Origin: Eubacteriales bacterium
GTDB taxonomy: Bacteria > Bacillota > Clostridia > Oscillospirales > JAAYXM01
Direction of reading: 5' to 3'
DNA: 64,000 nucleotides
Assembly (NCBI GenBank): GCA_045636865.1
Contig: JAZTYJ010000019.1
Span: 475 to 64,474, forward strand
A program made the translations under genes and the position numbers. Of this stretch, positions 45,670 to 55,124 are shown piece after piece. Positions within the stretch are counted from its first letter, which is position 1. Every line of letters begins with the position of its first letter. The notes beneath the pieces are model-generated. The model was not told the origin of the DNA. It did not search any database and saw nothing but the letters and a program-made list of their open reading frames with translations.

Positions 45670-46798
45670 TGTCGTAAAAAACTCAATATGGAATGACCCG
45701 CGTGTTCGCAAACAGATAATCAGCTATATAGAAAACGGTGTGGATCTTTTTTGCGTTGGAATAAAAAGCAAGGATTACAACGAGGAAGAAGTAAAGAAGA
45801 TACCGTGCCCTGTAAAATTAGAAGAAGTTAACAGTAAGCTAAGAAATGCAAATATTTCCGTGTTCAAAAAAATATGGCGTGAGATATCTGTTAACAAGGC
45901 TATTGTAAAAACAATAGTTGAGGGTAACCCCGATGTAATACATGCAAATGACTTAAACGCGCTCGTGCCTGCTTATAAAGCGGCAAAAAAGATAAAATGC
46001 AAGCTTGTTTACGATACTCATGAGGTTTTTCTCGAAAACGCAGGAGTAGTTTCAAATAAGGTTATGAAATTTATTTGGGGCTATTATGAGAGAAAAATAG
46101 TGAAGAAATTAGACCTTATGGTTTGTGTAAGCCATGCAGCTTCGGATTATTTTGCGGAAAAGTATAAAATAGAAAAGCCGATGGTTGTTACCAACTGCGC
46201 GCTCAAAAGTGAAGAGGTTGACAAAATCAGCATAGAAAAAAATGATGGATTTGAAGTTTTAAATCACGGAAAGTTTTATTCAGGGCGCGGCTATGAAACT
46301 ATGGTTGATGCGTGTGCGTTGGTTTCTGATATGCCGGAAATAAAGCTGGTTGTACGCGGATTTGGGGAACTGGAAGGCGCGATCAGGGAAAAAGCGGAAA
46401 AGCTCAAGAACAAAGAACAGTTTAAAATATATCCGCCTGTGCTGGTTAAGGATATGATAACGTCGGCAGCAAAGTCCCGTGTTGGAGTTGCAATAACAGT
46501 TCCGTACTGTCTGAATTTCAAATTGTCTGTTTCAAATAAGATTTTTGAGTATGCTTCAGCAGGACTTCCGGTGATTATGTCAGATATTCCGGAACACCGA
46601 TATCTTAATGATAAATACGGAATCGGCATTGTTTTAAGAGAAAACACCGCTGAATGTTTAGCTGAGGCCGTAAGAAAATTTTATAACGACAGAGAACTCT
46701 ATGATCGCTGTGTTGCAGGTGTTGAAAAAATGTCAATGGAAGTAACATGGGAGAATGAGTTTAAAAAATTGATAGATGCGGAAAAGAAAATGGTATAG
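45656..46798 (+). CDS. Glycosyltransferase, GT4 family
   Basis: ORF 45650..46798. ATG 45656 lies 7 nt after AGGAGAG. NKIFEYASAGLPVIMSDIPEH motif. Confidence 0.8.
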   Translation: MKICDVVKNSIWNDPRVRKQIISYIENGVDLFCVGIKSKDYNEEEVKKIPCPVKLEEVNSKLRNANISVFKKIWREISVNKAIVKTIVEGNPDVIHANDLNALVPAYKAAKKIKCKLVYDTHEVFLENAGVVSNKVMKFIWGYYERKIVKKLDLMVCVSHAASDYFAEKYKIEKPMVVTNCALKSEEVDKISIEKNDGFEVLNHGKFYSGRGYETMVDACALVSDMPEIKLVVRGFGELEGAIREKAEKLKNKEQFKIYPPVLVKDMITSAAKSRVGVAITVPYCLNFKLSVSNKIFEYASAGLPVIMSDIPEHRYLNDKYGIGIVLRENTAECLAEAVRKFYNDRELYDRCVAGVEKMSMEVTWENEFKKLIDAEKKMV

Positions 46799-46818
46799 CT
46801 TTTTGGGAGAGAAGAGTC

Positions 46819-47904
46819 ATGTTGAAAATATGCCTTAGCTATGATTATGAGCTGTTTATGGGAAAGAATAACGGCTCTGCTGAAGAAATCCTTTTTAACC
46901 CTACAGAAAAAATTAAAAATGCAATGGATGAATTTGGAGTAAAGGGCGTATTTTTTGTTGATGTGTGTTCAGCAATAGCGCATCGAAAAATGGGTTTGTC
47001 GGCATACAGCGATGCATTTGATGCGCAACTAAAAAAGCTGGTTGCAGATGGGCATGATGTTCAACTGCATATACATACAAGTTGGCTTAAGGCAAAATTG
47101 GAAGACAATCAGCTTCTCATCAGCCAGGAAGGTTACCGTATTCATGAGTTTGGTTTCGATGAAGCCAAAGAGAACAATGTTCGGAGTATAATTAAAGAAT
47201 CTGTAGACTATTTGAATTCAGTTTGTAAGGGTGCGCGTGACGATTATAAGTGCATGGCATACCGAGCAGGAGGTTTTTGTATTCAGCCTGAACACGAGTT
47301 GCTTAAGGTTCTTTGTGAAAATGGAATATTAATTGATTCTACCGTTGTGCCGGGGTATAGTTCTTTGGATACTGTAAATTACTCTGATTTCAGGCATGTG
47401 CCCAAGGCGTTGAATTGGCGCATAGCACCTGAAACCGGAATTTCAAAAGCAAGCCAATATGGGTTGTTTGAAGTTCCGATAGCTACGTCAAAGCCACGCC
47501 TCATTGAGTGTTTGTTTACTAAAAAGAAGGATAGGAGTTTGCCGGGAGTAAAGCCGAAAGGCGAATACGTGAAATTTTCATCAAAAAATAAACCGGCGAA
47601 AAAAAGCAAAATTCGAAAAAAGCTTGATTTGCTTTTCAACTATCGCTTTATTTCGCTCGACTCACGTCATTACAAGGCAATAATCAGGGATTTGGAATTC
47701 ATCTATAAAAAATACAAGTTGCACAAGAGTGATGGATACATATGTCTTATATGTCATCCGAAGATAACTGATGATGTGAGAATAGAGAATTTAAAAAAAT
47801 TAATCTCCGAAGTCTTAAAACAAAAAGAAAAGTTTGAATTTGTAACAATGGAAGATATAGAAAAAGAAATTCGGACAGATAAAGGGATTGAAAAAGATGC
47901 TTAA
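46819..47904 (+). CDS. Polysaccharide-deacetylase-like protein (tentative)
   Basis: 361 aa. SYDYELFMG and HDVQLHIHTSW patterns recall CE4-like/DUF-type deacetylases found in capsule loci. Weak call. Confidence 0.35.
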   Translation: MLKICLSYDYELFMGKNNGSAEEILFNPTEKIKNAMDEFGVKGVFFVDVCSAIAHRKMGLSAYSDAFDAQLKKLVADGHDVQLHIHTSWLKAKLEDNQLLISQEGYRIHEFGFDEAKENNVRSIIKESVDYLNSVCKGARDDYKCMAYRAGGFCIQPEHELLKVLCENGILIDSTVVPGYSSLDTVNYSDFRHVPKALNWRIAPETGISKASQYGLFEVPIATSKPRLIECLFTKKKDRSLPGVKPKGEYVKFSSKNKPAKKSKIRKKLDLLFNYRFISLDSRHYKAIIRDLEFIYKKYKLHKSDGYICLICHPKITDDVRIENLKKLISEVLKQKEKFEFVTMEDIEKEIRTDKGIEKDA

Positions 47905-48901
47905 AGAAATTCATTCAATAGGAGAACTGTCATCTCGCGGAAGACAAATTGTTGGCGACAGCTTGTTTTTCTCGGATGAATTTAAAAGATTAGCCGAAGG
48001 TGAAAATCGAGAATTTCTTATTCTTGCCGACGAGGAATATGTAATACCGGTAACGGTAACGAGGAAAATTTGTTTTGTTTATGCTTCTTTTTTGTTTCAT
48101 CCATTGAGCATAAACGGGAAAAAGAATGATGAGTGTTCTTCTTTTTTGGATGAATGTGTGAAGTTTTTGGCGGGAAGAAAAAAGGTTCAATTTATTCTGC
48201 CTACGCCGGCTTATGCGGATTTTGAAGCATATCCGCAAAAAAGCAAGAGGATCTGTTTCGGAAACTACATATGCGATTTGAAACTCGGTGAAGAAGTGTT
48301 GCTTGCAAATATGCACAGTAAACACAGAAACGCAGTCAGAAAGGCTCAAAAGGATGGAGTAATCGTAAAAAGCGGAACCACGGAAGAATTGATCTCTGAA
48401 TATGTTCAGATGGATAACGCTACATGGGAGCGAAGTGGAAAAAGCTCACTTGGAGCGGGATTTTACAAAAAAAAGATAGAGAATCTTGGAGATTACTGTA
48501 CGATTTTTATCGCGTATAAGGATGATGAGCCACAATCGGGAGCACTTATTTATTACGACAGTAAACGTGGATATTATATGTTTGGTGCAAACAAGGATCG
48601 TCCTTATACAGGTTCAGGAAACCTTTTGCAGTGGGAAATAATGAAATTCCTGATGGAACAGGGTGTTGAAGAATATAGTTTTGTCGGTTGCAGAATTAAC
48701 GAAGATGAAAATTCAAAATATCATGACATACAGCGCTTCAAGTCGCGGTTTGGCGGCGAGATGAAAACAGGATTTATGTTTAAATGTGTGTGTAACTTCG
48801 TTATGTACGGGCTGTTTCGGATGGTTATGATTTTGAAAACAAGAAAAATCGAGAAGGATGTCATAGACCAAGAAATTCCGAAGTGGAGAGAGTTAAATTG
48901 A
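47897..48901 (+). CDS. FemAB-like / GNAT-fold aminoacyl (peptidyl) transferase
   Basis: ORF 47888..48901. ATG 47897 follows AAAGGGA. NMHSKHRNAVRKAQKDGV ... GALIYYDSKRGYYMFGAN ... GSGNLLQWEIMKF fits the FemAB family pattern from memory. Confidence 0.6.
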   Translation: MLKEIHSIGELSSRGRQIVGDSLFFSDEFKRLAEGENREFLILADEEYVIPVTVTRKICFVYASFLFHPLSINGKKNDECSSFLDECVKFLAGRKKVQFILPTPAYADFEAYPQKSKRICFGNYICDLKLGEEVLLANMHSKHRNAVRKAQKDGVIVKSGTTEELISEYVQMDNATWERSGKSSLGAGFYKKKIENLGDYCTIFIAYKDDEPQSGALIYYDSKRGYYMFGANKDRPYTGSGNLLQWEIMKFLMEQGVEEYSFVGCRINEDENSKYHDIQRFKSRFGGEMKTGFMFKCVCNFVMYGLFRMVMILKTRKIEKDVIDQEIPKWRELN

Positions 48902-48926
48902 GTATAGAAGCAGAGGATGTATTATT

Positions 48927-50168
48927 ATGGCAAAGATTGGCATATTAACTTTTCATCGTTCTATAAATTGTGGAGCGGTTGCTCAGTGTTATTCGTTAAC
49001 AAGGCGAATTCAAAAAGATTTTCCTGATGCTACGGTAGAGGTAATTGATTATGTGCCTCAATTTCGTCTTGACAACTACAATCCGAGTATATCAAAATTT
49101 CTTGTTCGCTCATTCTCACTTAAAAGAGGACTGCTTTTCAATATAAAACTTGCCTTGAAAAAGATTTCAACTCTCTTGTTTCACAGAGAATATTTAAGAG
49201 AGAAAAAAATCAGATACAAAAAGTTTCAGGAATCGATGTCTGCATTGCCGCTTTCAGAAAAAAAGTATAGGCAAAACGATGTTGAAGAGTTTTGCAAAGA
49301 AGTTCAAAATGAATATGATGTTATAGTGGTCGGCAGTGACTGCGTCTGGGAGTGGACAACGGTTCCGTTTCCAAATGCATACTATCTGTGTGGGAAGTAT
49401 GGAGCTGTAAAACTCAGCTATGCGGCTTCGGTCGGAACAGATGACCACAAAAAGCTTTCCAAAGAACAACAAAAAGCACTCTCAACAGCACTTGCGGACT
49501 TTTTCTACGTTGGAGTCCGCGATACATCGAGCGAGTATGTGGTGAAGGGTGTAAATGAGGATTTGCAACCAAATCATAATTGTGATCCGTCGACATTTTT
49601 TGATGTTTCAGAACTCTCGGAATACAAAAAACAGGTGGAAGAGATTCTGGTTTCAAGAGGCATTGACTTGAATAAACCGATAGTGGGAATCATGGGCGAT
49701 GAAAGAGTTGCAAAACTTGCAAAAAGCATATTTGGAAACTCGGTGCAGTATGTTGCATTATATGCTTCAAATCATCTGTGTGATGTTTCGTTGGTTGATC
49801 TCACTGTTTTGCAGTGGACGACAGCTTTTTCTTTTTTCGACATTACATTTACAACGTATTTTCACGGCACAATGTTTTCTTTAGTCAATCTAACTCCGGT
49901 AATATCGCTGGATTATTTACCTGAAACCACCGAGCAAATAACGAAATTGCACGAGCTCTACTCAAAGCGTTTGGATTTGCCTGGTTTTTATCATAGGGGA
50001 AAACAATATTTCGGAAAAGACGATATTGAAAGAATTGGGAGCATCGCAAAACATCTCATAAAAAATCCTCCGAAAGAAAAAATTGCACAAGAATTGTGCA
50101 AGGAATCAGAAAGCTATATGTCGTTTTATAATGCGCTCAGGAAGGCTTTGTCATACGGGGAGATGTAA
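48927..50168 (+). CDS. Polysaccharide pyruvyl transferase family protein
   Basis: 413 aa. The N-terminus KIGILTFHRSINCGAVAQCYSL is typical of PS_pyruv_trans proteins. Confidence 0.7.
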   Translation: MAKIGILTFHRSINCGAVAQCYSLTRRIQKDFPDATVEVIDYVPQFRLDNYNPSISKFLVRSFSLKRGLLFNIKLALKKISTLLFHREYLREKKIRYKKFQESMSALPLSEKKYRQNDVEEFCKEVQNEYDVIVVGSDCVWEWTTVPFPNAYYLCGKYGAVKLSYAASVGTDDHKKLSKEQQKALSTALADFFYVGVRDTSSEYVVKGVNEDLQPNHNCDPSTFFDVSELSEYKKQVEEILVSRGIDLNKPIVGIMGDERVAKLAKSIFGNSVQYVALYASNHLCDVSLVDLTVLQWTTAFSFFDITFTTYFHGTMFSLVNLTPVISLDYLPETTEQITKLHELYSKRLDLPGFYHRGKQYFGKDDIERIGSIAKHLIKNPPKEKIAQELCKESESYMSFYNALRKALSYGEM

Positions 50169-50171
50169 CAG

Positions 50172-51578
50172 TTGAGAAAAAAATATAAAAATTTGGCGGT
50201 AAATACGGCTTTGCTTGCATTAGGAAGCTTTTCTACGAGCTTTCTGGGTTTGATATTCACCCCATTATATACGAATGTTCTGTCTACTGCAGAATACGGA
50301 ATATATGATCTTATAGTAACTACTTCATCTTTATTATATCCGTTTTTTACATTGGCCATAGGAGAAGCTATTCTCAGATATGCTCTTGATAAGTCTTCAG
50401 ACAAACATACTATTTTCAGCAGCGGAATGCATGTGTGCCTGGTGGGTTTGTTGCTGTTGATATTGGCTTTTCCGATAGTTTCGCGCACAGTTATCAAGGA
50501 ATACAGCATGTATTTTTACGCATATTTCTTTATGCACTGTGTTGGCGTCATTACAATGAATTTTGTGAAGGGAATAGAGGATGTAAAACATTATTCGATA
50601 GCCGGAATAGTGAAAACCGTAATTATGATAAGCTTGAATTTGATATGCTTATTGTTGTTAAAAACGGGAGTCAGAGGATATTTGTTTTCTGTAATAGCCG
50701 GACAGGTTGTTGCTTTCATATATTTGTTCTTTGCTTCAAAGCTTTACAGATATCTTCGTCCATTCTGGAAAATGGACTTCGGGCTGATAAAAAAGACATT
50801 GATTTATTCTATTCCGATTATCCCCAATTCCATAAGCTGGTGGATTTCAAATTCATCAGACAAGTATATTCTGAAATACTATACGGATTTATCTCAAATC
50901 GGAATATATTCAGTATCATACAAAATTCCATCAATAATAATGACGGTTATGACGGTGTTTTTGTCAGCGTGGCAACTGTCAGCGGTTGTGGACTTCGGCA
51001 GTGAAGAATCAAGTGAGTTTTTTACGGATATATATAAAAAATGCATTGATGCAAACTTTTTAATAGCTTCAATGGTTATCGCTTTTAGTCCGATTATGTC
51101 TAAAATTTTATTTGCAAAGGATTTCTTTTCTGCGTGGAAATATGTTCCGGTATTAGTTCTTGCAAATGTATTTAATGTTTTGGCGACATTCCTGGGAAGC
51201 GTTTATACTTCAGCGAAAAAAACAAAAATGCTTGCGCTTACAACTGTTTTTGCGGCGCTAACAAATATCATTTTGAATTTTGTGCTGATTCCGAAGTTTG
51301 GTGCTATGGGCGCTGCTATAGCAACAATGATTGCATATTTCTGTATGTGGATATTCAGAATTATCAATACAAGGAAGATTATAAGGATAGATTTTGATCT
51401 GAAAAATGATATAATATGTTTGTTTGCTTTGGGCTTGCAGATAATACTGCTGGAGAGCCAGACCTTTGTTGGATGGATTATAACATTGTTGATCTTTGCC
51501 ATAATGCTTGTCATAAAACGGGCACTTTTTGTTTCACTGATAAGCATTGTGCTGAATAAATTCCGAAAAATTAATTAA
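50172..51578 (+). CDS. Wzx-type oligosaccharide flippase (MOP superfamily)
   Basis: 468 aa, TTG start, about 12-14 hydrophobic spans. N-terminus NTALLALGSFSTSFLGLIFTPLYTNVLSTAEYGIYDL. Confidence 0.8.
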   Translation: MRKKYKNLAVNTALLALGSFSTSFLGLIFTPLYTNVLSTAEYGIYDLIVTTSSLLYPFFTLAIGEAILRYALDKSSDKHTIFSSGMHVCLVGLLLLILAFPIVSRTVIKEYSMYFYAYFFMHCVGVITMNFVKGIEDVKHYSIAGIVKTVIMISLNLICLLLLKTGVRGYLFSVIAGQVVAFIYLFFASKLYRYLRPFWKMDFGLIKKTLIYSIPIIPNSISWWISNSSDKYILKYYTDLSQIGIYSVSYKIPSIIMTVMTVFLSAWQLSAVVDFGSEESSEFFTDIYKKCIDANFLIASMVIAFSPIMSKILFAKDFFSAWKYVPVLVLANVFNVLATFLGSVYTSAKKTKMLALTTVFAALTNIILNFVLIPKFGAMGAAIATMIAYFCMWIFRIINTRKIIRIDFDLKNDIICLFALGLQIILLESQTFVGWIITLLIFAIMLVIKRALFVSLISIVLNKFRKIN

Positions 51579-51646
51579 ATGATGTACTGTCAAAATTTAC
51601 AGATGTTTGTTGCCAAGAAAATGACAGATGTTTTGGAGGAAATAAT

Positions 51647-52684
51647 ATGTCACTTTTTAAAGACAAAACTTTACTCATAACCGGAGGAACCGGAAGCTTT
51701 GGGAATGCGGTTTTAAACCGATTCTTAAAGACCGATATCGGTGAAATCCGCATCTTTTCACGCGATGAGAAAAAGCAGGACGATATGCGCCATGAATTTC
51801 AGGCAAAGATGCCGGATGTCGCAGAAAAAATCAAGTTCTACATAGGCGATGTCAGAGACCTTGCATCAGTAAAAAATGCGATGCACGGCGTTGACTATAT
51901 CTTCCACGCTGCTGCACTCAAGCAGGTTCCTTCCTGCGAATTCTTCCCGATAGAGGCTGTAAAGACAAACGTTTTCGGAACAGAGAATGTTCTTACCGCT
52001 GCAATTGATGCAGGTGTTAAGAACATCGTCTGCCTGTCTACCGACAAGGCGGCGTATCCCGTAAACGCTATGGGAACAAGCAAGGCAATGATGGAGAAAG
52101 TTATCGTTGCAAAGTCAAGAACGGTTGATCCGTCAAAGATTAAGATTTCCTGTACACGCTACGGCAACGTTATGTGCTCGCGCGGATCTGTCATTCCGCT
52201 CTGGATTGATCAGATAAGAGACGGTAAGCCGATTACCATAACAGATCCGACTATGACTCGTTTTATTATGTCTCTTGATGAGGCTGTTGACCTTGTTCTT
52301 TTCGCATTTGAACACGGCGAAAACGGCGATATTCTTGTTCAGAAGGCACCTGCCTGCACAATTAAAACTCAAGCAGAGGCTGTTTGTGAGCTCTTTGGCG
52401 GAGACAAGGAGAATATTCAGGTTATCGGTATCCGACACGGTGAGAAGATGTATGAAACTCTCCTCACAAATGAAGAGTGTGCAAATGCTATTGATATGGG
52501 AAACTTCTATCGCGTTCCGTCTGACAAGCGCGGACTTAACTACGACAAGTATTTCAAAGACGGAGATACAGAGCGCAACACTCTCACGGAGTTTAATTCA
52601 AACAACACACAGCTTTTGACTGTTGAGCAGACGAAAGAGAAGATTGCGGCGCTTGCATATATTCAGGAAGAGCTTAAAAAGTAA
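51647..52684 (+). CDS. UDP-N-acetylglucosamine 4,6-dehydratase/5-epimerase (CapE/FnlA type)
   Basis: 345 aa. DKTLLITGGTGSFGNAVLNRFLKTDIGEIRIFSRDEKKQDDMRHEF and KFYIGDVRD match the FnlA/CapE N-terminus. Confidence 0.88.
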   Translation: MSLFKDKTLLITGGTGSFGNAVLNRFLKTDIGEIRIFSRDEKKQDDMRHEFQAKMPDVAEKIKFYIGDVRDLASVKNAMHGVDYIFHAAALKQVPSCEFFPIEAVKTNVFGTENVLTAAIDAGVKNIVCLSTDKAAYPVNAMGTSKAMMEKVIVAKSRTVDPSKIKISCTRYGNVMCSRGSVIPLWIDQIRDGKPITITDPTMTRFIMSLDEAVDLVLFAFEHGENGDILVQKAPACTIKTQAEAVCELFGGDKENIQVIGIRHGEKMYETLLTNEECANAIDMGNFYRVPSDKRGLNYDKYFKDGDTERNTLTEFNSNNTQLLTVEQTKEKIAALAYIQEELKK

Positions 52685-52708
52685 ACTCGCAAAGGGGTAA
52701 AAATTTGC

Positions 52709-53863
52709 ATGAACACGGAGAAACTGTTATTTGATCTTCTTCGCTTTACATTAAAAGGGGAGATGCTTGCGGATAACGTTAAAAAGTGCATAGATGAAGA
52801 GTCGCTTTTAAAACTCTATGCTATGTCAAAAAAGCATGATCTTGCTCATATTATTGGTTTTGCTTTAGCTGAAAACGGCTTGCTTTTGAAAGGTGAAACA
52901 GCTGAAAAATTCAAGAATCAGACAATGCTTGCAGTTTACAGACACGAAATCAAGATGGCGGAGCTTAAAAGCATATCCGAACTTTTTGAGAATGAAAAAA
53001 TAGAACATCTGCAGCTAAAAGGGCAGACAGTTGCGAGGTTTTATCCTGAACCGTGGATGAGGACAAGCTGTGATATTGATATACTCGTAAGCCCGAACGA
53101 CCTTTCGCGCGCAAAGACGCTTTTGTGCGAAAAACTGGGATACGAATGCAGGGAAGAGGGGCATTATGAAGTTTCGCTGTACTCTCCGAGCGGAATGCAT
53201 CTTGAACTGCATTTTAAAATGAGGGAGAGCTCTGCTCAACTCAATAAGAGCCTTGATGAGCTTTCCAACTTTGTGGTGAAAAGCGGCGAGGGTGAATATT
53301 CTCTGGCGTTTAAGGATGAGTTTCTTTTTTCATATGTTGTCATTCATGCGGCAGATCATTTTGCAAGAAGCGGTTGCGGAATCCGCCAGATTCTTGATTT
53401 GTGGTTTCTTGATAAAAAACTTTACGTTTCCGAAGAGGCCTTGACTTCGCTTCTGGACGAGCGCGGTGCGACTCTGTTTTTTGAGAGAACACGACAGTTG
53501 AATGCGGTGTGGATGGAAAACGCCGAGCATACGCAGATAACAAAGAAAATGGAAGAGTTTATACTTGGCAGCGGAGTTTACGGAACGCACGAAAATTATC
53601 TTGTTTTGACACAGGAGAAGCTCGGAGGACGACGGGGATTTTTCTTGAAAAGACTGTTTCTTAAAAGAGAACATCTCCAGTTTTATTATCCTATACTGAA
53701 AAAACACCCGTATCTTATGCCGTTTGTTCAGGTGTGGAGATGGATACAGTCTGTTTTCAATAAAAAAGCACAGAATGCGATTCGTGAATTTGGCAATCTC
53801 AAAAAGATGTCTGAAGAAAAAACAAGTGAAATAACGGATATCGTTAAAGAGCTTGGATTATAA
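52709..53863 (+). CDS. Uncharacterised nucleotidyltransferase-family protein (NTP_transf_5-like)
   Basis: 384 aa. SCDIDILVSPNDLSRAKTLL and LELHF motifs. Confidence 0.6.
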   Translation: MNTEKLLFDLLRFTLKGEMLADNVKKCIDEESLLKLYAMSKKHDLAHIIGFALAENGLLLKGETAEKFKNQTMLAVYRHEIKMAELKSISELFENEKIEHLQLKGQTVARFYPEPWMRTSCDIDILVSPNDLSRAKTLLCEKLGYECREEGHYEVSLYSPSGMHLELHFKMRESSAQLNKSLDELSNFVVKSGEGEYSLAFKDEFLFSYVVIHAADHFARSGCGIRQILDLWFLDKKLYVSEEALTSLLDERGATLFFERTRQLNAVWMENAEHTQITKKMEEFILGSGVYGTHENYLVLTQEKLGGRRGFFLKRLFLKREHLQFYYPILKKHPYLMPFVQVWRWIQSVFNKKAQNAIREFGNLKKMSEEKTSEITDIVKELGL

Positions 53864-53885
53864 AGACAGACAAAGGAGTAAAAAG

Positions 53886-55088
53886 ATGAACATACTTGTT
53901 ACGGGCGCCTATGGCTTCGTTGGGAAAAACCTCTGTGCTGCACTCAAAAACATCCGCGACGGAAAGGACAGAACCCATCCTGAAATAAAAATAGACAGCA
54001 TCTTCGAGTTTGATATTGATACACCGAAGGAGCTTCTTGATACATACTGCAAGGAAGCGGATTTCGTTTTCAATCTCGCGGGGGTGAACCGTCCGCAGAA
54101 CAATGACGAATTTATGCAGGGAAATTTCGGCTTTGCATCAGAGCTTCTTGATGCGCTCAAAAAGCATAAGAACAAAGCTCCCGTTATGATAAGCTCATCA
54201 ATTCAGGCGACCTGTATCGGCAGATACGACAGCGACTACGGAAGAAGCAAAAAGGCAGGCGAGGAGCTTATTTTTGCATACGGTGAGGAGACCGGCGCGA
54301 AGGTGCTTGTTTACCGGTTCCCGAACCTCTTCGGAAAGTGGTGCCGCCCGAATTACAACTCGGTTGTTGCGACATTCTGCAACAACATTGCAAATTCTCT
54401 TCCGATTCAGGTGAACGACAGAAACGTAACCCTTGAGCTTTTGTATATTGATGATCTCGTTGGCGAAATGCTTGCGGCACTTGAGGGGCGTGAGCATCGA
54501 TGCACGTTTGACGGAATTGACACGGTGCTTTGCGAAGATGGAAAATATTGTGCGGCTCCGATTACACACAAGGTTACGCTCGGCGAGATAGTCGATCTGC
54601 TCTATTCGTTTGAAAAACAGCCGCAGACGCTTGTTCTTCCGGAGATTCCGGACGGAAGCTTTGCGAAAAAGCTTTATTCGACATATCTCTCATATCTCCC
54701 GCAGGAGAAAGCGAGCTTTGCGCTTAAAATGAACGTTGATGACAGGGGAAGTTTTACGGAGCTTTTGAAAACCGCAAACTGCGGACAGGTTTCCGTTAAT
54801 ATTTCAAAGCCGGGGATTACAAAGGGCGAACATTGGCACAATACAAAGTGGGAATTCTTTATAGTTGTTTCGGGAAAGGGTCTTATAAGACAGAGAAAAA
54901 TCGGAACAGACGAAATTCGCGACTTTTATGTGAGCGGAGATAAAATTGAGGCTGTTCATATGCTTCCCGGATATACTCACAACATAATAAATTTATCGGA
55001 TACCGAAGATCTTGTTACGGTCATGTGGGCAAACGAGCAGTTTGACCCGAACCACCCGGACACGTTTTTTGAAAAGGTTGAAGATTGA
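53886..55088 (+). CDS. CapF/FnlB-type bifunctional reductase/epimerase (SDR domain plus cupin domain)
   Basis: ORF 53853..55088. ATG 53886 follows AAAGGAG. Long blocks match S. aureus CapF from memory: FGKWCRPNYNSVVATFC, VTLGEIVDLLYSF, NVDDRGSFTE, QVSVNISKPGITKGEHWH, MWANEQFDPNHPDTFF. Confidence 0.9.
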   Translation: MNILVTGAYGFVGKNLCAALKNIRDGKDRTHPEIKIDSIFEFDIDTPKELLDTYCKEADFVFNLAGVNRPQNNDEFMQGNFGFASELLDALKKHKNKAPVMISSSIQATCIGRYDSDYGRSKKAGEELIFAYGEETGAKVLVYRFPNLFGKWCRPNYNSVVATFCNNIANSLPIQVNDRNVTLELLYIDDLVGEMLAALEGREHRCTFDGIDTVLCEDGKYCAAPITHKVTLGEIVDLLYSFEKQPQTLVLPEIPDGSFAKKLYSTYLSYLPQEKASFALKMNVDDRGSFTELLKTANCGQVSVNISKPGITKGEHWHNTKWEFFIVVSGKGLIRQRKIGTDEIRDFYVSGDKIEAVHMLPGYTHNIINLSDTEDLVTVMWANEQFDPNHPDTFFEKVED

Positions 55089-55124
55089 TAATTTGGTTTT
55101 ACAGCAGAAAGGAATATTTTAGGC

